Shown in pieces: positions 59,406 through 64,000 of a stretch of DNA of 64,000 nucleotides. Source of the DNA: a virus (Duplodnaviria > Caudoviricetes); the IMG/VR virus record IMGVR_UViG_3300010429_002123; one strand, written 5' to 3'. The translations under genes and the position numbers were made by a program. Position 1 is the stretch's first letter. Each line of letters starts with the position of its first letter. The notes beneath the pieces are model-generated. The model had not been told where the DNA came from. It saw only the letters and a list, made by a program, of their open reading frames with translations, and made no database searches.

Positions 59406-61010
59406 ATGGTATTTGTTATAGATAAGAAAAAGAAGCCTCTATCTATGTGCCATGAGGCCAGAGCAAGAAAACTTCTTGATAGCGGGAAAGCTCTGGTGGT
59501 AAGTCACTACCCCTTTGTCCTCCGCTTGAAAGAAGAAGTTACGCATGAAATAACCGGAGACTACTCTATAAAAATTGACCCCGGTTCTTCTTTCACCGGA
59601 ATATCCATTCTAAACGGAAACGAAATAACATTCTGTGCTGAAATTGCTCATAAAACTTCTACTATAATTGAAAGAAACACAGAGAGAGCTCAATTTAGAA
59701 GAGGAAGAAGAGCAAGAAATACTCGTTACAGACCTCCCCGGTTTGATAACAGAAAGAATAAAAAACCTGGCTGGCTGGCTCCGAGTATGGTCTCCAGAAT
59801 AGACAATATAGTTAACTGGGTGAAAAAGTTCATGGCACTGTGCCCGATAAAAAAGATAGTCTTTGAAGACGTGAAATTTGACACTCAGCTTCTGATGAAC
59901 CCAAACATAAAGGGAAAAGAATATCAGCAGGGACCTCTTTACAGAATGGAAAGACGGGAATACCTCCGGGAAAAAACAGGCTTTAAGTGTGCCTATTGTA
60001 AAAAATCAGGAACAGAAACATTTCTGCAGGTTGAGCACGTAACCCCTCGTAGCAGAGGAGGAAGTGACAGAATATCTAACCTGACCCTGGCCTGTAAGCC
60101 CTGTAATGACCTGAAAGGAACTAGAACTGCCACGGAGTTTGGTTTCCCCGAAGTTCAAAAAGCAGTTTCTCTCCCACTGAAAAACGCTGCCGTTATGAAC
60201 TCTTCAAGGAAAGCTACTCTGAAGAGGCTAAAAGAACTTGGCTTGCCCGTGACAACAGGCAGCGGAGGACTGACTGCCTATAACAGGAAAAAACAAAACT
60301 TACCAAAAACTCATTACTTTGATGCCTCCTGTGTAGGCTTTATGGACGAAGACGAAAAATTAGTAATAAAAACCGGTAAAGTCCTTAATATAAAAGCCGA
60401 AGGGAGAGGTGTTTACAGACGAACTCAGGTAACGGCGGGAGTAAAATTCAAACTCTCCTCTATAAAAAAAGACCTGGAACAATTAGTGCCCTTCTCCAGA
60501 GTGGAAAAAGAGATGAGAAAATTAAAGATTATAGTAGAAACAGAAAAAGTGAACAAAAAAGGAGTCAAAAAAGCAAGCTATAAGACTTCAGAAGAAGAAC
60601 TGACCCGAAAAAGACTTGAGAGGCTGTTAAGCCGGGTAAAAGTCCCTAAAGAACAGATAAAAGACCTGGCAACAAAAGCAAGAAGCAAAAAAGAAGTAAA
60701 AGGCAAGACTGTAAAAACTTTTGAGGGTAGAGAAGTGAAGTTGCTGGATTTACCCGGCTCAGTTAAGTCCTTCAGACCCCGCAAGGCTTATTACTTCGGG
60801 TTTAAAAAGAGAGACCTGGTAAAAACAAAAGATTATGGAGTTCAAAGTATAAAAAGTGTGAGGTCATCAGGGTCATTCACGCTCGGTAATGAAAAAACCA
60901 GTTCTTATAAATATTGTAAAATATTACAGAGGTGTGACGGGTTTTCCTATAGTCTCAGTAACCTTACTTTAGAAGAGCCTGCTCGGCAATTAGCCGAGCG
61001 ACCCTCATGA
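59406..61010 (+). CDS. iscB: IscB RNA-guided endonuclease (534 aa) with C-terminal insertion
   Basis: PLMP-like KPLSMC..ARARKLL, RuvC-I IDPGS, Arg-rich bridge helix, RuvC-II FEDVKFD, HNH CAYC..EHV.PRSRGGS...NL..AC..CN, RuvC-III HYFDA, GF...DLVK. Confidence 0.93.
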   Translation: MVFVIDKKKKPLSMCHEARARKLLDSGKALVVSHYPFVLRLKEEVTHEITGDYSIKIDPGSSFTGISILNGNEITFCAEIAHKTSTIIERNTERAQFRRGRRARNTRYRPPRFDNRKNKKPGWLAPSMVSRIDNIVNWVKKFMALCPIKKIVFEDVKFDTQLLMNPNIKGKEYQQGPLYRMERREYLREKTGFKCAYCKKSGTETFLQVEHVTPRSRGGSDRISNLTLACKPCNDLKGTRTATEFGFPEVQKAVSLPLKNAAVMNSSRKATLKRLKELGLPVTTGSGGLTAYNRKKQNLPKTHYFDASCVGFMDEDEKLVIKTGKVLNIKAEGRGVYRRTQVTAGVKFKLSSIKKDLEQLVPFSRVEKEMRKLKIIVETEKVNKKGVKKASYKTSEEELTRKRLERLLSRVKVPKEQIKDLATKARSKKEVKGKTVKTFEGREVKLLDLPGSVKSFRPRKAYYFGFKKRDLVKTKDYGVQSIKSVRSSGSFTLGNEKTSSYKYCKILQRCDGFSYSLSNLTLEEPARQLAERPS

Positions 61011-61015
61011 AACGT

Positions 61016-61488
61016 GTTTCAGTAATCAGTTTGCGAGACATAACTATGAAACTCAGTATAAATGTAAAACTTATGAAGTATTCGAGGTTTCAGTAATCAG
61101 TTTGCGAGACATAACTATGAAACAAAGGAGATGATAGAAATGATTACAAAGTTTTTCTTGGGGTTTCAGTAACCAGTTAGCGAGACATAGCTACGAAACG
61201 AAAGCAAAAGACCTGCGAGTACAGGCGTTGTGTTTCAGTAACCGGTTTGTGGAACATAGCTATGAAACAAAGTTTGATAGATAACTTTGCAGGATTCACT
61301 ATCAGTTTCAGTAATCAGTTTGCGGAACATAGCTATGAAAAGGCGAAAGCCACAAAGTTTTTCAGTAATTTTGTTCTGTTTCAGTAATCAGTTTGCGAAA
61401 CATAGCTATGAAACGGAGACCTTGACCTGGGAGACATAAGAGACAGTTTCAGTTTCAGTAATCAGTTTGTGGAACATAGCTATGAAAC
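61016..61488 (+). CRISPR. CRISPR array: 7 x 37-bp repeats, 6 spacers (34, 39, 32, 36, 36, 37 bp)
   Basis: consensus GTTTCAGTAATCAGTTTGCGRRACATAGCTATGAAAC starting at 61016, 61087, 61163, 61232, 61305, 61378, 61452. Confidence 0.95.
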
Positions 61489-61608
61489 CGCTAGAAAAAG
61501 TGTTAAAAACTGGCGTGATGGCTAAGTCTAGAAATTCAATTTCAGGTCAAGTTTTCGCAAATCGTATTTCTGCTGAAAAATAGCCTCGATTTGCGAGAAT
61601 TTAAAAGT

Positions 61609-61926
61609 GTTTCAGTAATCAGTTAAAGTGTTTCATAGCTATGTTTCGCAAACTTTGAGTTGTAGTGTAATAATAAAATACGACTCATTATGAAACCAGA
61701 CATAAGCCGAGTGGCTACGTTAGAGAGGTCAAGACACCCACGGATGCTTCCTCAGTCTGTGGCTCTGTCCGAGATGTTTAACCGAGATTGTGGTTACAAT
61801 TACAGTGACATGGCGTGGAAAGCCTCTTTAACATTGTCGAGGGGAGATTTTCTTGGTGTAAACTGAGAAAGCGTTACCTGTCTTGTGGTAGAGATACTGT
61901 GAGGCAGAGATTTTCCGAAAGGAAAT
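61609..61926 (+). ncRNA. omegaRNA (HEARO-like) scaffold with tracrRNA-like anti-repeat 5' end
   Basis: anti-repeat at 61630-61654 and 61688-61696, then CCAGAC.TAAGC, GCTACGTT, GACACC..GGATGCTTCCTCAGTC..GCTCTG, AACATTGTCGAGGGGAGA motifs typical of IscB omegaRNAs; terminal TTTCC-GAAA-GGAAA hairpin. Confidence 0.88.
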
Positions 61927-62028
61927 AAAAAAGAGTTAGCTTATTTTTACAAAAAGTATTGACAAGTATGCCTGACTATGTTATACTATTTTTAGTGAAA
62001 GAAATAAAAAACGAAGGAGGAACATAGG

Positions 62029-62220
62029 ATGGCAAAGAAGATGGCAAAGAACCACCTTTCAATCAAAGAAATTTCAAAGTTTTCTGACGTAGTAAAAGAT
62101 AGGTCTGAGAGAAATCTCAGTACCCTTTATCCCATATACTACCACATATTTAAAAACAACCGTTTGGTCGCCAGCTATGGGACTGACAACGAAGTAGACT
62201 TTTGGAGGGTGGCAATATGA
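62029..62220 (+). CDS. hypothetical early protein
   Basis: behind conserved promoter 61944; AAGGAGG RBS. Confidence 0.55.
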   Translation: MAKKMAKNHLSIKEISKFSDVVKDRSERNLSTLYPIYYHIFKNNRLVASYGTDNEVDFWRVAI

Positions 62221-62432
62221 CTACACAACAGGAAAAAGCTCACTCAAAAGCTCACTCAAAGGTAAAAGGTCTCCTGTATGCTTACAGGATGAACCTGGAT
62301 ATGTATGAGGCTGACTGCCTCAAAACAGATGTCTTTAACAAGGAAACCCAGCAGTATTTCGCCGGGAAGGCTGCGGTGTATAAGAGTGCTATAGAGGATT
62401 TAAAAGAAATCCTCAATGAGATGGAGGCGTAA
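62217..62432 (+). CDS. hypothetical protein, paralog of 63157
   Basis: shared KG.L..Y...QQYF.GKA..Y...I.D. Confidence 0.6.
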   Translation: MTTQQEKAHSKAHSKVKGLLYAYRMNLDMYEADCLKTDVFNKETQQYFAGKAAVYKSAIEDLKEILNEMEA

Positions 62433-62435
62433 AGT

Positions 62436-62672
62436 ATGAAGCCGAGGGAAATTCTGGCAAAGTTCATTGCTGAAAAAGTTTACAATATTCAAATGGCAGG
62501 TTTTTCCTACGAGGAATACAAAAAAACAGCAAAAACTTCCTCAGACATAAGGTCCGGTCACTTTAAAAAGAAACTAAGGCATTTTCGCTTTTTAGCAGAA
62601 GAGCTTCTCGCTGTGGAGATGGGCAATGGAAAAACTCTTGGTGGTCTACTAAAGGTGCGGAGTAAACTGTGA
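62436..62672 (+). CDS. hypothetical protein
   Basis: GGAGG RBS. Confidence 0.5.
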   Translation: MKPREILAKFIAEKVYNIQMAGFSYEEYKKTAKTSSDIRSGHFKKKLRHFRFLAEELLAVEMGNGKTLGGLLKVRSKL

Positions 62673-63160
62673 TGAGCCAGTTTGTCTCTCACGCAGAAGG
62701 TGTAAACCGCCAGGCAGAATCAAAATTAAACCAGCTTTTGACTAAGTATAGAGGAAAAGTCAGAAGACTCCGGGAACATGCGGGAGAAACCCCCTGTAAA
62801 AAAGAAAAAGAGTCGGCCTTTCTGCGGGAGGTACATAAGGATAACCTGTTACTCTTTGTTACTGGTTGTTACGAATTCTTAAGAAAAAGAGGTGGCAACG
62901 TGATAAAAATAAGCGAAAAAAAGTTATTAAAAAAGATGAAAAATGGTGAGGTCGCCGAGTTTGTGGCCTGCCCGAATAAGTGTTCTCCAAGTTCAGTTTT
63001 TTCTGTGACTCTAACGCTGGCACAACTGACAGACGAAAATACGAAAACCCTGGATAAAGGGTTTACACAGTTTATAAATAATTTCTCTTATTATAACTGC
63101 TCGACAGAACTTGGAACTAAAATAAACTTTTATGTAAAGAAAGAAAAGGAAACAAAATGA
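62669..63160 (+). CDS. hypothetical protein
   Basis: C-terminal INNFSYYNC..ELG....FY. Confidence 0.5.
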   Translation: MMSQFVSHAEGVNRQAESKLNQLLTKYRGKVRRLREHAGETPCKKEKESAFLREVHKDNLLLFVTGCYEFLRKRGGNVIKISEKKLLKKMKNGEVAEFVACPNKCSPSSVFSVTLTLAQLTDENTKTLDKGFTQFINNFSYYNCSTELGTKINFYVKKEKETK

Positions 63161-63420
63161 AAACTAATAAACAAAAAGCAAAAGAACTTGACAGAGTAGA
63201 GGAAAGACTGAAAGGTTTTCTCCGTGTGTATCAGGACTTATTAAAAACCTTCACAGAGGATAGTAAAAACCCGGAATACGCCGAGATAGCCCAGCAATAC
63301 TTCGGAGGAAAGGCAAGCACATACGAAAAAGTAATAAAAGACACAGAAGAACTCTTAGGGTTGATAACTCCTGAGGGTTCTCAGGAAAAAGAAAAAAGCC
63401 TGTGCGAACTCTTAGCATGA
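63157..63420 (+). CDS. hypothetical protein, paralog of 62217
   Basis: shared motif. Confidence 0.6.
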   Translation: MKTNKQKAKELDRVEERLKGFLRVYQDLLKTFTEDSKNPEYAEIAQQYFGGKASTYEKVIKDTEELLGLITPEGSQEKEKSLCELLA

Positions 63421-63866
63421 AAAACTCTTTAGAAATCACAAAAAAAGCAGAAAATCTCACATACATTCTGGACTGTCTCTGCGGTCTCTGTGAAGAGCGG
63501 GGAGTGACTCTTCGGGAGGTCACAGACCACATACGTCATGTAAACAAAACCTTTCGTAAACAAGATGGAGGAGACAGAAACCATATGAATTTACCGGAAA
63601 TAATAACAGAACTGCAAGAGATAGATGAGAAAACAAAAGACCTTCAAAGACGGAGAATGGAACTCAAAAACCAGCTTATACAATACGCTGTGAAACATGG
63701 CGAGTATAAGGTATTAAGTTACATAGATGATGCCTACGAGTTTAAAGGCTCTGACGGAAAAACTTACAGGTGTTCTATGTGTCTGGACATACTCCGGGAA
63801 GAAAGCCCGGACGTGTGGAAGTATGTCGAATACTTTGATGAAAGTTTGGAGGATTCAAATGAATAA
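63417..63866 (+). CDS. hypothetical protein
   Basis: ORF in the operon; a second RBS/ATG near 63586 is possible. Confidence 0.45.
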   Translation: MKNSLEITKKAENLTYILDCLCGLCEERGVTLREVTDHIRHVNKTFRKQDGGDRNHMNLPEIITELQEIDEKTKDLQRRRMELKNQLIQYAVKHGEYKVLSYIDDAYEFKGSDGKTYRCSMCLDILREESPDVWKYVEYFDESLEDSNE

Positions 63867-64000
63867 AGAAACAGAAAGACTGGAAAAAGCAGAAAGCCCA
63901 GAAAAACCAGAAGAAGAGGAAATAAAACTTGAAGAATTTCGGGAATATAACCTGTGTTGCCCTCACTGTAGCTCTAACTACATGAGGGCTCTTGACGTTA

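Noticed and set aside
59406-61010. Cas9, or an active IS200/IS605 transposon
   Set aside because: PLMP-like N-terminus, 534 aa and no REC lobe indicate IscB; no tnpA or upstream omegaRNA/element end; the hairpin at 60981-60999 alone is insufficient
61124-61162. Self-targeting of spacer 2 to the RBS region at about 859-878
   Set aside because: Only a gapped partial similarity between generic RBS-like sequences
480-63966. Numerous short ORFs antisense to or nested in longer genes
   Set aside because: F/S/L-rich shadows of A-rich coding strands, without RBS or recognisable motifs

Overview
64 kb segment of a large dsDNA bacteriophage genome. It is gene-dense and mostly on the + strand. Sigma-A-type promoters, GGAGG ribosome-binding sites and a SpoVS homolog point to a Firmicutes-like or related anaerobic host (inference). 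It carries nucleotide-metabolism genes (class II RNR, uridine kinase, deoxynucleoside kinase, ThyX-like), four DNA methyltransferases, a radical SAM enzyme, two ParB-like proteins, UDG, Cas4-like and Hjc-like nucleases, small and large terminase, and many small genes behind a repeated strong promoter. Selfish elements: two group I introns (in a Ycf46-like AAA ATPase, with an HNH gene, and in nrdJ) and three inteins (nrdJ, C5-MTase, terL). The main finding is at 59.3-61.9 kb: an enlarged IscB followed by a 7-repeat CRISPR array and then an omegaRNA scaffold whose guide-adaptor stem is replaced by a tracrRNA-like anti-repeat. This looks like a phage-encoded dual-RNA (crRNA plus tracr/omegaRNA) IscB system with no cas1/cas2. 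Other candidates are an orphan CRISPR mini-array (14.3-14.5 kb), a Csx20-like putative ring nuclease, a ~630-nt structured ncRNA with a tRNA-like 5' domain, tandem GGA-loop hairpins in several 5' UTRs, and two mirror-image palindrome-array/HTH-pair modules. All family assignments come from motif recognition by eye; no searches were run.
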